A stretch of DNA of 45,446 bases from an uncultured Sphingomonas sp. (GTDB lineage: Bacteria > Pseudomonadota > Alphaproteobacteria > Sphingomonadales > Sphingomonadaceae), in NCBI GenBank assembly GCA_965653215.1, contig CBFGZJ010000001.1:1-45446 (forward strand). Direction: 5' to 3'. Under the pieces are notes generated by a model that saw only the letters and a program-made list of their open reading frames with translations, made no database searches and had not been told where the DNA came from. How positions within the stretch are numbered: position 1 is the stretch's first letter; each line of letters starts with the position of its first letter. Both the position numbers and the translations under genes were made by a program. Shown one piece after another: positions 21,208 through 30,711 of this stretch.

Positions 21208-21293
21208 TAGAAGTTTTTTCCTCAAAACCCAACAGTTTCTGACCAACTTGCATTGGTAATGTCCCAAACATACAAGTTGTAGGAAATTTTCCT
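21208..21293. promoter_or_regulatory. AT-rich divergent control region with candidate Lrp-family boxes
   Basis: TAGAAGTTTTTTCCTC and palindrome AGGAAA-T-TTTCCT; inverted repeat CAACTTGCAT...ATACAAGTTG. Confidence 0.5.
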
Positions 21294-21297
21294 CCAA

Positions 21298-21786
21298 ATG
21301 GATCAAGTCGTACGAATGGATTTCATCGACCTCAAAATCTTGGCGATTCTCCAGGAGGACGCCAGCACGCCGCTGTCGGAAATCTCGGAGCGGGTGAATC
21401 TGTCGTCGACTCCATGCTGGCGGCGGATTCAGAAGCTGGAGCAGTCAGGTGTCATTCAGAAGCGCGTGGCGCTCCTTGATCCCTCCGCCATCGGCCTGGG
21501 ACTGACTGTATTCGTCGCGCTCGAGACGGGCGACCATTCGACCGAGTGGCTTCAGCAATTTGCGGACGCGATCGCCGACATGCCGGAGGTGATGGAAGTG
21601 TATCGTATGGCCGGGGACATCGACTATATGCTCAAGGTCGTGGTGCCGGACACGGCGGGGTATGACGACTTCTATCGGCGGCTGATCGCGCGGGTTCCGC
21701 TCAAGAACGTCACGTCGCGGTTCAGCATGGAGCGCATCAAGAGCACGACCGCGCTCAGGCTCGACGCTGCTCCGGTGAAGCGCTGA
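21298..21786 (+). CDS. Lrp/AsnC family regulator, DecR(YbaO)-like
   Basis: [45 protein letters not shown]. Alternative start 21316. Confidence 0.92.
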   Translation: MDQVVRMDFIDLKILAILQEDASTPLSEISERVNLSSTPCWRRIQKLEQSGVIQKRVALLDPSAIGLGLTVFVALETGDHSTEWLQQFADAIADMPEVMEVYRMAGDIDYMLKVVVPDTAGYDDFYRRLIARVPLKNVTSRFSMERIKSTTALRLDAAPVKR

Positions 21787-21815
21787 GCGGCAGGGGGCAC
21801 AGGCTGCATCCAACC

Positions 21816-21851
21816 TTGACATCACGGTCCCCGCACTCTGTAGCGACCGCA
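21816..21851 (+). promoter_or_regulatory. Candidate sigma70 promoter giving a leaderless leuC mRNA
   Basis: Perfect TTGACA at 21816-21821, 36 nt before the ATG; no SD sequence. Confidence 0.5.
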
Positions 21852-23264
21852 ATGCAACGGACTCTGTACGACAAGATTTGGGACGACCATGTCGTCGCCA
21901 CGCGTGAGGATGGAACGGCGCTGATCTGGATCGACCGCCACCTGATCCACGAAGTGACCTCGCCGCAGGCATTCGAAGGGCTGCGCGTGGCCGGCCGGCG
22001 GTTGCACCGGCCTGACCTGACGCTTGCTGTCCCGGACCATAATGTCCCAACCACCGGCCGCAACTTGCCCAATCCCGATCCGCAGTCAGCAATCCAGCTG
22101 TCGACACTGGAGCAGAACTGCGCCGAATTTGGCGTCGAACTGATCGAGATGGACGATGCGCGGCAGGGCATCGTACATGTGATCGGCCCGGAGCAGGGCT
22201 TCACCCTTCCGGGCACCACGATGGTCTGCGGCGACAGCCATACGGCGACGCACGGTGCGCTCGGCGCGCTGGCGTTCGGCATTGGCACGTCCGAAATCGA
22301 GCATGTGTTCGCAACTCAGACGCTGTTGCTGCGCAAATCCAGGAATATGGAAGTGCGGATCGAGGGGAGCCTCGGCTTCTCGATCTCCCCCAAGGATGTC
22401 GCGCTTGCGATCTGCGGATCGATCGGCACGGCCGGCGGCACCGGCTATGTCATGGAATATACCGGCGCGGTGATCCGCGACATGTCGGTCGAGGGCCGCA
22501 TGACGGTCTGTAACATGGCAATCGAGGCGGGTGCTCGCTCCGGCCTGGTCACTCCGGATGCTAAGACCTTCGACTATCTGCGCGGTCGCCCCCGCGCTCC
22601 GACAGGCGAACAGTGGGAAAAGGCCGTTGCCTGGTGGCGAACGTTGCCCAGCGACCCTGGCGCGGCTTACGACCGGACCGTTACTATCGATGGCGGATCG
22701 ATCGCGCCGCTGGTCACTTGGGGCACCAGCCCTGAGGACGTTGTCCCGATCACCGGTATCGTGCCCGATCCACACGAGTTTGCTGATCCGGCCAAGCAGG
22801 ATGCCGCCAGCCGCTCGCTCGAATATATGGGCCTGAAGCCCGGCACTCCACTGGAGGGTGTGGCGGTTGAGAATATCTTCATCGGCAGTTGCACGAATAG
22901 TCGGATCGAAGATCTCCGGATCGCCGCTGACGTGGTCAAGGGACGCCGCGTTGCGTCCAATGTGAAGCAGGCGCTGGTTGTCCCCGGCTCCGGCCTGGTT
23001 CGCCGTCAGGCCGAGGCGGAAGGGCTGGACCGCGTCTTCACCGAGGCAGGGTTTGAATGGCGCGAGCCGGGGTGCTCGATGTGCCTTGGAATGAACCCCG
23101 ATAAGGTTCCGGCGGGCGAGCGCTGCGCGTCGACCAGCAACCGCAATTTCGTCGGTCGCCAGGGGCCGGGATCGCGCACTCACCTGCTGTCGCCGGCGAT
23201 GGCTGCTGCGGCCGCGATCGAGGGGCGGCTGGTCGACGTCCGTCAGTTGATGGGAGCGGCCTGA
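21852..23264 (+). CDS. leuC: 3-isopropylmalate dehydratase large subunit
   Basis: [46 protein letters not shown]. Confidence 0.96.
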   Translation: MQRTLYDKIWDDHVVATREDGTALIWIDRHLIHEVTSPQAFEGLRVAGRRLHRPDLTLAVPDHNVPTTGRNLPNPDPQSAIQLSTLEQNCAEFGVELIEMDDARQGIVHVIGPEQGFTLPGTTMVCGDSHTATHGALGALAFGIGTSEIEHVFATQTLLLRKSRNMEVRIEGSLGFSISPKDVALAICGSIGTAGGTGYVMEYTGAVIRDMSVEGRMTVCNMAIEAGARSGLVTPDAKTFDYLRGRPRAPTGEQWEKAVAWWRTLPSDPGAAYDRTVTIDGGSIAPLVTWGTSPEDVVPITGIVPDPHEFADPAKQDAASRSLEYMGLKPGTPLEGVAVENIFIGSCTNSRIEDLRIAADVVKGRRVASNVKQALVVPGSGLVRRQAEAEGLDRVFTEAGFEWREPGCSMCLGMNPDKVPAGERCASTSNRNFVGRQGPGSRTHLLSPAMAAAAAIEGRLVDVRQLMGAA

Positions 23265-23860
23265 TGCAGCCCTTCACCATGCTCACCGGGACCGCCATTC
23301 CATTCGGTCAGAAGAATGTCGACACGGACATCATCATCCCTGCGCGGTTCCTCAAGACCATCACCCGCGACGGGCTGGGTAAGGGGGCCTTCTCGGTTCT
23401 GCGCGAGGATCCGGCCAACATCTTCGATCAGCCGCGCTACCGCGGCGCGCCCATTCTGATCGCCGGCGACAATTTTGGTTGCGGATCCAGCCGCGAGCAC
23501 GCGCCTTGGGCGCTCGCCGATCTGGGCATCCGCGTCGTCGTCGCGCCGAGCTTCGCGGACATTTTCGCCGGAAATGCGTTTAAGAATGGGATCTTGCTGG
23601 TGCAGTTGCCGCAAGAGCAGGTCGACCGCCTGCTCGAAGTTGCCAATGCGCACGACATCACGATCGACCTCGAGAACCAGGTCGTGACGACTCCGTTCCA
23701 GGACCGCTTCGAGTTTGAGATCGATCCGTTCCGCAAGCACTGCCTATTACAGGGCCTCGACGAGATCGGCCTGACGAACCAGATGCAGGGCGACATCGCC
23801 CGTTATGAGCAGCGCCTCGCGAACGAGCGGCCGTGGATTGCCGCTGCGGCAGCCTCCTGA
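23264..23860 (+). CDS. leuD: 3-isopropylmalate dehydratase small subunit
   Basis: [37 protein letters not shown]. Confidence 0.96.
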   Translation: MQPFTMLTGTAIPFGQKNVDTDIIIPARFLKTITRDGLGKGAFSVLREDPANIFDQPRYRGAPILIAGDNFGCGSSREHAPWALADLGIRVVVAPSFADIFAGNAFKNGILLVQLPQEQVDRLLEVANAHDITIDLENQVVTTPFQDRFEFEIDPFRKHCLLQGLDEIGLTNQMQGDIARYEQRLANERPWIAAAAAS

Positions 23861-24555
23861 TGGCAAGCAGTGTGCCCCAGGGGCGTTCTCAGCCGCAGCT
23901 CGAGGATTTGCGCAGTGATATCGACCGCATTGACGATCAGCTGTTGCGGCTGATCGAAGAACGTTTGTCGAAGACCAAGGCGATTGCTGAACTGAAGCGG
24001 TCAACGGACCGATCGGCGCTGTTGCTGCGGCCGGACCGCGAACGTTTGCTGCTCGATCGGCTCAAGCAGCGCAGCAGCCTGCCCGCAGCGGTCGTCGAGG
24101 CCATCTGGCGGGAGATCATGGCGTGCAGCCTTCAGCTACAGCAGGAGACGGAGCTTGCGATCTTCGCTCCGAAGCGGCCGGTTGCACTGGTCAATCTGGC
24201 ACGGCTCCGGTTCGGCTGCGCGGCTCCGATCCACGTTGCGGCCAGTCCTGAGGAAGCCCTGGACAGGGCACGGTCTCGGCCCTCGATCGCGACGATCGAA
24301 CTTCATCCGATCAGCAATTGGTGGACCGATCTCGATCATCAGCAGCAGTTCAGCATTTTCGATTGCCTCACCGATGAACACGGGCAGATTGCCGGCTTGT
24401 TAGTGGGCCGGTGCGATTCCAGCTGCCGTTTGCCCGATCTGTCGTTTCCGGTGCTCACTGCCGACGCTCTCAGCGAACGCGCCGCCTCTGGAGAAAAGAT
24501 CGAGGCACTCGCACATAATGGTGATCTTCGGCTGTGCGTGAGCCGCGGCCGGTGA
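23860..24555 (+). CDS. Chorismate mutase (AroQ/CM_2 domain plus C-terminal domain)
   Basis: LEDLRSDIDRIDDQLLRLIEER...RPDRE...IWREIM; TGATG overlap with leuD. Confidence 0.82.
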   Translation: MASSVPQGRSQPQLEDLRSDIDRIDDQLLRLIEERLSKTKAIAELKRSTDRSALLLRPDRERLLLDRLKQRSSLPAAVVEAIWREIMACSLQLQQETELAIFAPKRPVALVNLARLRFGCAAPIHVAASPEEALDRARSRPSIATIELHPISNWWTDLDHQQQFSIFDCLTDEHGQIAGLLVGRCDSSCRLPDLSFPVLTADALSERAASGEKIEALAHNGDLRLCVSRGR

Positions 24556-25859
24556 GCGCGATGCTTCGTGCCACGTCCGGGCATCCGCTGAGGGGTGTCT
24601 TTGCGGTCCCCGGCGACAAGTCGATCTCACACCGCGCCTTGATCTTCGGCGGCTTCGCTAACGGAGAAACGCGGATCAGCGGGCTGCTCGAGGCTGACGA
24701 CGTGCTGCACACGGCGAAGGCAGTGGCGGCACTTGGGGCCGATGTCGAACGGACCGGCGAGGGTAGCTGGAGGGTGACCGGCGCCCCTTGGCGATCGCCC
24801 GCGCAGCCGATCGACTGCGGCAACAGCGGGACTGGCGCCCGGCTGTTGATGGGAGCTGCCGTCGGAGCGGGTGTTCGAGCCACCTTCACTGGCGACGAGT
24901 CACTGCGCAGCCGCCCAATGCGAAGGGTTACCGAACCCCTCCGGGCGATGGGGGCAATCGTCGATGGTGGCGAATTGCTGCCCTTGTCCGTTGAAGGCCC
25001 CGCGAACGCCGGTCTCACCTTCGTCAACCTCAAGGCCTCCGCGCAGGTCAAGTCCGCGATCCTTCTGGCCGGGCTCGGCACTGGTGCAGACGTAATCGTT
25101 GATGAACCGGCGCCCAGCCGTGATCACACCGAGAACATGCTTCGCGCCTTCGGTGCAGATGTAACCGTCGAACCGCTCGGTGAGGGTTGGCGAATTCGAC
25201 TGGGGCAGCGGAGAACCCTGCACGCGGCTGATGTCGCAGTCCCCGGCGACCCGTCTTCCGCAGCCTTTGCCTGGGTTGCGGCGCTGCTCGTGCCCGGCTC
25301 GGACGTCACCACGCCGAACGTCATGATTAATCCGCTACGCACCGGGTTGCTCGAGACGTTGACCGAAATGGGCGGCGATATCTCGCTCACCAACGTGCGC
25401 GAATCTGGTGGCGAGAAGATTGCTGACATCCAGGTCCGCTCCTCGCGACTGCGCGGGGTCACCGTCCCGGCTGAGCGGGCACCCTCGATGATCGACGAAT
25501 ATCCGCTGCTTGGAGTAGCGGCTGCCTATGCCGAGGGCGAGACCGTGATGAACGGACTGCACGAGCTGCGTGTCAAGGAAAGCGATCGATTCCAGGCGAT
25601 CGTTGAGGGGCTGACCGCCTGTGGGGTTGCGGTGAACGGTCAGGGCGAGATGCTCAAGGTCACCGGTGGCGATGGACGCGTTCGCGGCGGCGGTCAGGTC
25701 GCCACTCATGGCGACCATCGCATCGCAATGGCTCACCTCGTGCTCGGCATGGCGAGCGAGCAGCCGGTGGTCACCGATCGAGCGGAGATGATCGCCACCA
25801 GCTTCCCCGGCTTCGCCGATACGATGCGAGCCATCGGCGCCGATCTCGCCGCAGTCTGA
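24552..25859 (+). CDS. aroA: 3-phosphoshikimate 1-carboxyvinyltransferase (class II EPSP synthase)
   Basis: PGDKSISHR, DCGNSGT, SAQVKS, RDHTE, ELRVKESDR, DHRIAM. GTGA overlap with the upstream stop. Confidence 0.96.
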   Translation: MSAMLRATSGHPLRGVFAVPGDKSISHRALIFGGFANGETRISGLLEADDVLHTAKAVAALGADVERTGEGSWRVTGAPWRSPAQPIDCGNSGTGARLLMGAAVGAGVRATFTGDESLRSRPMRRVTEPLRAMGAIVDGGELLPLSVEGPANAGLTFVNLKASAQVKSAILLAGLGTGADVIVDEPAPSRDHTENMLRAFGADVTVEPLGEGWRIRLGQRRTLHAADVAVPGDPSSAAFAWVAALLVPGSDVTTPNVMINPLRTGLLETLTEMGGDISLTNVRESGGEKIADIQVRSSRLRGVTVPAERAPSMIDEYPLLGVAAAYAEGETVMNGLHELRVKESDRFQAIVEGLTACGVAVNGQGEMLKVTGGDGRVRGGGQVATHGDHRIAMAHLVLGMASEQPVVTDRAEMIATSFPGFADTMRAIGADLAAV

Positions 25860-26408
25860 ATGGCAAGACTTGCGGCTTACCAGGGCGCTCCCGGCGCGTT
25901 CGGCGAGGAGGCCTGCCGCGCCTTCTTACCAGGCTATGAGCCGTTTCCGTGTGAAAGCTTTGCTGCGGTGGCCGACGCGGTGGCAGAAGGTCGCGCCGAA
26001 CGCGGCGCAATTCCTCTCCGCAACAACACCGCGGGGGAGGTTCCTGGCACCCAGGCATTGATCGACAGCCGTGAGCTGCACGTCCTTGCGCAGCATCCGC
26101 TCGCGATCCGAATCCACTTGCTTGGCGTTGCGGGTGCAAGTCTCGCGACAGTGCGGACCGTGGTGAGTCATCCGATGGCGATCGGCCAGTGCCTGGGGTT
26201 CATTCGCGAACATGGTCTTGGGACCAGCGAGGAGAGCAACACCGCCGTGGCGGCCCGGGCTCTCGCCGAAGCGGGCGATGTGACGAGGGGAGTGCTTGCG
26301 TCCGAGTTCGCCGCCTCTGCTTACGGACTGGCAATCCTCAACCGCGACGTTCATGACCGCGCCGACAATCAGACGATTTTCGCGATCGTCGGGAGAGCCG
26401 GGGCATGA
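25860..26408 (+). CDS. Prephenate dehydratase catalytic domain only (no ACT domain)
   Basis: [28 protein letters not shown] (variant of NxTRF); 182 aa. Confidence 0.8.
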   Translation: MARLAAYQGAPGAFGEEACRAFLPGYEPFPCESFAAVADAVAEGRAERGAIPLRNNTAGEVPGTQALIDSRELHVLAQHPLAIRIHLLGVAGASLATVRTVVSHPMAIGQCLGFIREHGLGTSEESNTAVAARALAEAGDVTRGVLASEFAASAYGLAILNRDVHDRADNQTIFAIVGRAGA

Positions 26409-27484
26409 GCATCAATAGTTTTGGTCGGCTGCTTCGCTTCACCACCTGGGGCGAGAGCCATGGGCCAGCGATTGGCGCGGTCGTTGATGGCTGCCCGCCG
26501 CAAATTCCGCTGGACGAGTCGATGATCCAGCCGTGGCTCGATCGTCGTCGGCCGGGGCAGTCGCGCTTCACGACGCAGCGCCAGGAGCCGGACGAGGTCC
26601 GGATCCTTTCCGGAACGTTCCAGGGACTGACCACGGGCACTCCGATCAGCCTGATGATCGAAAATGTGGATCAGCGTTCGAAGGACTATTCCGAGATCGC
26701 CCGCACCTATCGTCCGGGACACGCGGACTATGCCTACGACATGAAGTATGGCGTGCGGGATTTCCGGGGCGGCGGGCGGTCCTCCGCACGGGAGACTGCC
26801 TCCCGTGTTGCTGCAGGAGCAGTCGCCCGCGCGATCATTCCCGAAGTGACGGTCCGCGCGTGCGTCGTCGAAATTGGCGGCGACCCGATCGATCGCGCAT
26901 CGTTCGATTGGGCGGAATGCGAGCGGAATGACTTCTGGTGCCCCGACGCCAATGCCGCCGCACGGTGGGCGGACGCGCTGGACACAGCGCGCAAGGCGGG
27001 GGACTCGCTTGGCGCGGTCATCGAATGCGTTGCCGAGGGTGTGCCGCCAGGCTGGGGATCTCCGCTTTACGCCAAGCTCGATAGCGAATTGGCGGCCGCA
27101 TGCATGTCGATCAACGCCGTCAAAGGGGTCGAAATCGGTGCCGGATTTGCCGCTGCGCGCCAGCGGGGCAGCGAAAGCGGCGATCCGATGCGCGAGGGAG
27201 CGGAAGGGTCTCCGCGCTTCCTCAGCAATAATGCGGGTGGAGTGGCTGGCGGGATCTCGACGGGGCAACCGGTTGTCGTGCGCGTGGCGTTCAAGCCGAC
27301 CTCTTCGATTCTGACTCCGATGGAAACCGTCGACCGGGACCGCCGCAACGCGGAGGTCCGAACAAAGGGCCGTCACGATCCCTGCGTCGGCATCCGCGGA
27401 GCCCCGGTGGTCGAGGCGATGGTGGCGCTGGTTTTGGCGGATCAGAAACTGCTTCACCGCGGCCAGTGCGGCACCGGCCGCTAG
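26405..27484 (+). CDS. aroC: Chorismate synthase
   Basis: [29 protein letters not shown]. Confidence 0.97.
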   Translation: MSINSFGRLLRFTTWGESHGPAIGAVVDGCPPQIPLDESMIQPWLDRRRPGQSRFTTQRQEPDEVRILSGTFQGLTTGTPISLMIENVDQRSKDYSEIARTYRPGHADYAYDMKYGVRDFRGGGRSSARETASRVAAGAVARAIIPEVTVRACVVEIGGDPIDRASFDWAECERNDFWCPDANAAARWADALDTARKAGDSLGAVIECVAEGVPPGWGSPLYAKLDSELAAACMSINAVKGVEIGAGFAAARQRGSESGDPMREGAEGSPRFLSNNAGGVAGGISTGQPVVVRVAFKPTSSILTPMETVDRDRRNAEVRTKGRHDPCVGIRGAPVVEAMVALVLADQKLLHRGQCGTGR

Positions 27485-27491
27485 CGGGACG

Positions 27492-28013
27492 ATGCCGCTC
27501 TACCGCTTCGAAGAGCTGGTTCCCCACATTGACCCCGCCGCATGGGTGGCCCCATCCGCCGATCTGATCGGCGATGTCCGGCTAGCCGCGGGAGCAAGCA
27601 TCTGGTTCGGCGCCGTGCTCCGGGCAGACAATACGCCGATCTTGATCGGACCGGATTCAAACATTCAGGATGGCGCGGTCTGCCATAGTGATCCCGGATT
27701 CCCGCTGACGATCGGCCGCGGCGTCACGGTCGGCCATCAGGCGATCCTTCATGGTTGCACGGTCGGCGACGGTGCACTCATCGGCATGGGCGCGCGGGTG
27801 CTGAACGGCGCCACGATTGCGGCGAACTGCCTGGTCGGTGCCGGAGCCCTCGTGACCGAGGGTAAGACTTTTGAACCGGGCATGTTGATTGTCGGCGCTC
27901 CGGCGAAGGCTGTCAGGCCACTCGCCCCCGGTGAGATCGACGGGCTTCGGCAGTCCGCGGAAGTCTATGTGAACAAGGCACGGCGCTACGCGGGCTCGCT
28001 GACTGCCAGCTGA
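27492..28013 (+). CDS. Gamma carbonic anhydrase family protein (YrdA/PaaY-like)
   Basis: Hexapeptide repeats, SNIQDG, metal-binding His residues (CHSD, GHQAILHG). Confidence 0.92.
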   Translation: MPLYRFEELVPHIDPAAWVAPSADLIGDVRLAAGASIWFGAVLRADNTPILIGPDSNIQDGAVCHSDPGFPLTIGRGVTVGHQAILHGCTVGDGALIGMGARVLNGATIAANCLVGAGALVTEGKTFEPGMLIVGAPAKAVRPLAPGEIDGLRQSAEVYVNKARRYAGSLTAS

Positions 28014-28063
28014 CGCATGATGCGGGACTGGCGGAACGATGCTTGCGCTCCCATCTACCCGTT

Positions 28064-28756
28064 ATGATCGACATCCGACCCTTCAACTCGCTCGGCCACG
28101 CCGACCACGGCTGGCTTAACGCACGGCATCATTTTTCATTCGCCAACTATTATGACCCGCAACGAATGGGCTGGGGACGGATCCGCGTCTGGAATGACGA
28201 TCAGATCGCGGCCAAGGCGGGATTTCCGCCACACCCTCATCGCGACATGGAGATCATCACCTATGTCCGCACCGGCGCGATCAGCCACCGGGATTCTCTC
28301 GGTAACGAAGGCCGCACTGCTGCTGGGGATGTGCAGGTGATGAGCGCCGGGACCGGAGTGACCCACGCCGAGTATAATCTCGAGGACGAGCAAACCACCC
28401 TGTTCCAGATCTGGATTGAGACGGATCAGCCGGGAGCACCGCCGTCGTGGGGAGCAAAACCATTTCCGAAGGACAGTCGCGACGGTCGTTTCCAGCTCCT
28501 TGCGAGCGGAAACCCGGCAGAGGGAGTCTTGACGATCAAGGCCGACGCCCGGGTGCTGGGAGCGACCCTTGCAGCCGGGGAGAGTCTAAGCTTGGAGGCC
28601 GAGCCGTCCCGCCATCTTTATGTCGTTCCGAGCGCGGGCGTGAGCATCAACGGTGTCCCCGCCAATGCCCGGGATGGGGTCGCGATAACGGATGAGACGG
28701 AACTTACCATCGTGGCTCGAGAAGACGCCGAACTGGTCCTGGTCGACGCCCGTTAG
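28064..28756 (+). CDS. Pirin family protein (YhhW-like)
   Basis: GWLNARHHFSFANYYDP, HPHRDMEIITY, MSAGTGVTHAE, FQIWI. Confidence 0.93.
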   Translation: MIDIRPFNSLGHADHGWLNARHHFSFANYYDPQRMGWGRIRVWNDDQIAAKAGFPPHPHRDMEIITYVRTGAISHRDSLGNEGRTAAGDVQVMSAGTGVTHAEYNLEDEQTTLFQIWIETDQPGAPPSWGAKPFPKDSRDGRFQLLASGNPAEGVLTIKADARVLGATLAAGESLSLEAEPSRHLYVVPSAGVSINGVPANARDGVAITDETELTIVAREDAELVLVDAR

Positions 28757-28807
28757 ACTTGAAACGAACGGCGGGAGCGGCAATAGGCGCAACGATGGTA
28801 TGGACCG

Positions 28808-30097
28808 GTGCCCGGGCATAAACAGTTGAACAGGCCAGACTTTATACGCTGGGGCTTGGCTGCCGCACTGCTAGCCGCGGCTCCGGGCGTGTCGGCTCAG
28901 GACGCGCCGCTCGATGCTCCGGTCATCCTGGATGATCCGGCTCCGGTGCCCGAGCAGAGCGTCGTTGGCCCCCGAGAGCTCAATAGCTTCTCTCTGCCTG
29001 GTACGGTGGTTCGTCCAGCAGAACCGGAACCTGTCGCGCCGGCGAGGACCGAAAGTGTCCAGCCCACTCCGGCGCCCGCAACGGTGCGTGATGCACCGTC
29101 GGAGAGGCAAACAAGTGTCCGGCCGATCAGGACAGCTCCGGTCTTGGAGGGGCAGCCGACCTTGGCGGGGCCAGCTGATGGTGCGTTGGCTCCGCCAGAA
29201 CCCCTCGGGGTGGGCAACAGCTATTCAACGGCTGTCCTGCCTTTCATCGAGGAGGGGGAAGCCAGCACCGGCCTAACCCAGTGGCTCTACTTGCTGGCTG
29301 CGCTGACGTTAGGGCTCATTGCTGCGTTCGCGTTGTGGCAGCGGCGCGGAGGACCACGTTCCCGGCTCCAGTTTGCCGGTGTGCCGGATAATTTCTTTGA
29401 CGAGCCGGCGGCGCTAGCGCCCCCCGCAGCAGCCCCGCGACCCGCGCCGCCCTTGCAGCGAAGCGCGGCTGACGGAAATGTCACCACCCGTCGAGTGTCT
29501 CCTGCCCCCGCCTCCCCGGCTCCTCCGGCCTCACCTCCGCCTGCGCCGGTTAGTGAGCCTCGCTCAGCGGCAGCGAGCGGCGGGATCGTGTCCACGCGGC
29601 TTCGCCCATGGCTCGACCTCCACATTACTCCCGCTCGCCTGCTCCTGACGGATGAAGGCGCGCAGCTGGCGGTTGAATGCGTGCTCCAGAACAGCGGGAG
29701 CGTTCCGGCCCGGGACGTTCGGATCGAGGCTGCCCTGATCAATGTGCGGGAGCAGCAAGACGAAGAGATTGCGGCATTCTTCAAGCGCGAATCTGCTCGA
29801 GCCGCGGCCGCCGCGGACGTCGGGCCGATGTCGCGCACCGCCGTCAAATCATCCGTGGCGATGAAGAAGGAGGCCATTCAGGCATATGGCGCGGAAGGAC
29901 GGGCGCTGTTCGTCCCGCTGCTGCTGTTCAATGTCCGCTATCGCTGGGCCACGGGCGAGGGGCGGAGTGCCGCTTGCTTCCTGCTAGGCCGCGGTCGTGG
30001 TGGACAAGACAAGCTTGCTCCATTTCGTCTCGATCGAGGCAGACAGGATTACCGGGACCTGGATTTTCGTCGGCTCTCCGCCTCCGTCAGGCGTTAG
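28808..30097 (+). CDS. Hypothetical single-pass membrane protein with Pro-rich linkers
   Basis: Signal-like N-terminus, Pro-rich region, TM segment WLYLLAALTLGLIAAFALW-QRR, second Pro-rich region, beta-rich C-terminal domain. Start uncertain. Confidence 0.75.
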   Translation: MPGHKQLNRPDFIRWGLAAALLAAAPGVSAQDAPLDAPVILDDPAPVPEQSVVGPRELNSFSLPGTVVRPAEPEPVAPARTESVQPTPAPATVRDAPSERQTSVRPIRTAPVLEGQPTLAGPADGALAPPEPLGVGNSYSTAVLPFIEEGEASTGLTQWLYLLAALTLGLIAAFALWQRRGGPRSRLQFAGVPDNFFDEPAALAPPAAAPRPAPPLQRSAADGNVTTRRVSPAPASPAPPASPPPAPVSEPRSAAASGGIVSTRLRPWLDLHITPARLLLTDEGAQLAVECVLQNSGSVPARDVRIEAALINVREQQDEEIAAFFKRESARAAAAADVGPMSRTAVKSSVAMKKEAIQAYGAEGRALFVPLLLFNVRYRWATGEGRSAACFLLGRGRGGQDKLAPFRLDRGRQDYRDLDFRRLSASVRR

Positions 30098-30711
30098 AGG
30101 ACTTCGCTGTTGTAGCTGTGCCATGCGAGCACCGCGGCGGCCCCGCGGTGCGGTCGCCAAGGTTCCGCCAGTTCGCGAAGCTGCTTCTCGCTCGGCTTCT
30201 CCTTAAGGCCCAGCAAGCGGCCGATTCCGACCTGCACGGCAAGATCGCCGGCAGGCCAGACATCCGTTCTCCCCTCCGCGAACAGCAGGTAGATTTCCGC
30301 CGACCAACGGCCGATTCCCTTGATCCTGGTGAGGAGCGCGATCGCTTCTTCGTCATCGTCCGGCAGCTGGTCGAGAGCCAACTCACCCGAGAGGATCAGA
30401 CCGGCGAGGCTTCTCGCATAGCCCGCTTTCTGGCGGGACAGACCGACGAGGCGTAACTCGTCGTCCGAGGCGTCGAGAATTCTGCGAAGATCTGGAGGGG
30501 AGCCATAGGCGGCCTCGAGCTTGGTCCACATCGACCGGGCGGCGGCGACACTGACCTGCTGTCCGACGATCGTGCGGAGAAGAGTTACGGCGCCCGGTTC
30601 GCTCTTCCGCGGCTCCGGATAACCCAGTCTGGCGAGCACTTCGCCGAAGGTCGGTTCGCGCTCCGCCAGCGCTTCCAGTCCGGCCGCCAGCGCTTCACGG
30701 GTACGAACCAT
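30094..30711 (-). CDS. alkA: DNA-3-methyladenine glycosylase II (HhH-GPD family)
   Basis: IVGQQVS, GLSRQK, KGIGRWSAE HhH motif, WPAGDL, WRPHR. Confidence 0.88.
   Translation of the reverse strand: MVRTREALAAGLEALAEREPTFGEVLARLGYPEPRKSEPGAVTLLRTIVGQQVSVAAARSMWTKLEAAYGSPPDLRRILDASDDELRLVGLSRQKAGYARSLAGLILSGELALDQLPDDDEEAIALLTRIKGIGRWSAEIYLLFAEGRTDVWPAGDLAVQVGIGRLLGLKEKPSEKQLRELAEPWRPHRGAAAVLAWHSYNSEVL

Noticed and set aside
21787-21851. Leucine attenuator or leader peptide before leuC
   Set aside because: No Leu-rich mini-ORF or terminator hairpin; the region looks like a promoter
13580-28756. Two pirin genes as a recent duplication
   Set aside because: The proteins are clearly divergent and belong to different pirin subfamilies
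29400-29560. Short GC-rich repeats
   Set aside because: They encode a Pro/Ala linker; no repeat-spacer periodicity, so not a CRISPR array or tandem repeat element
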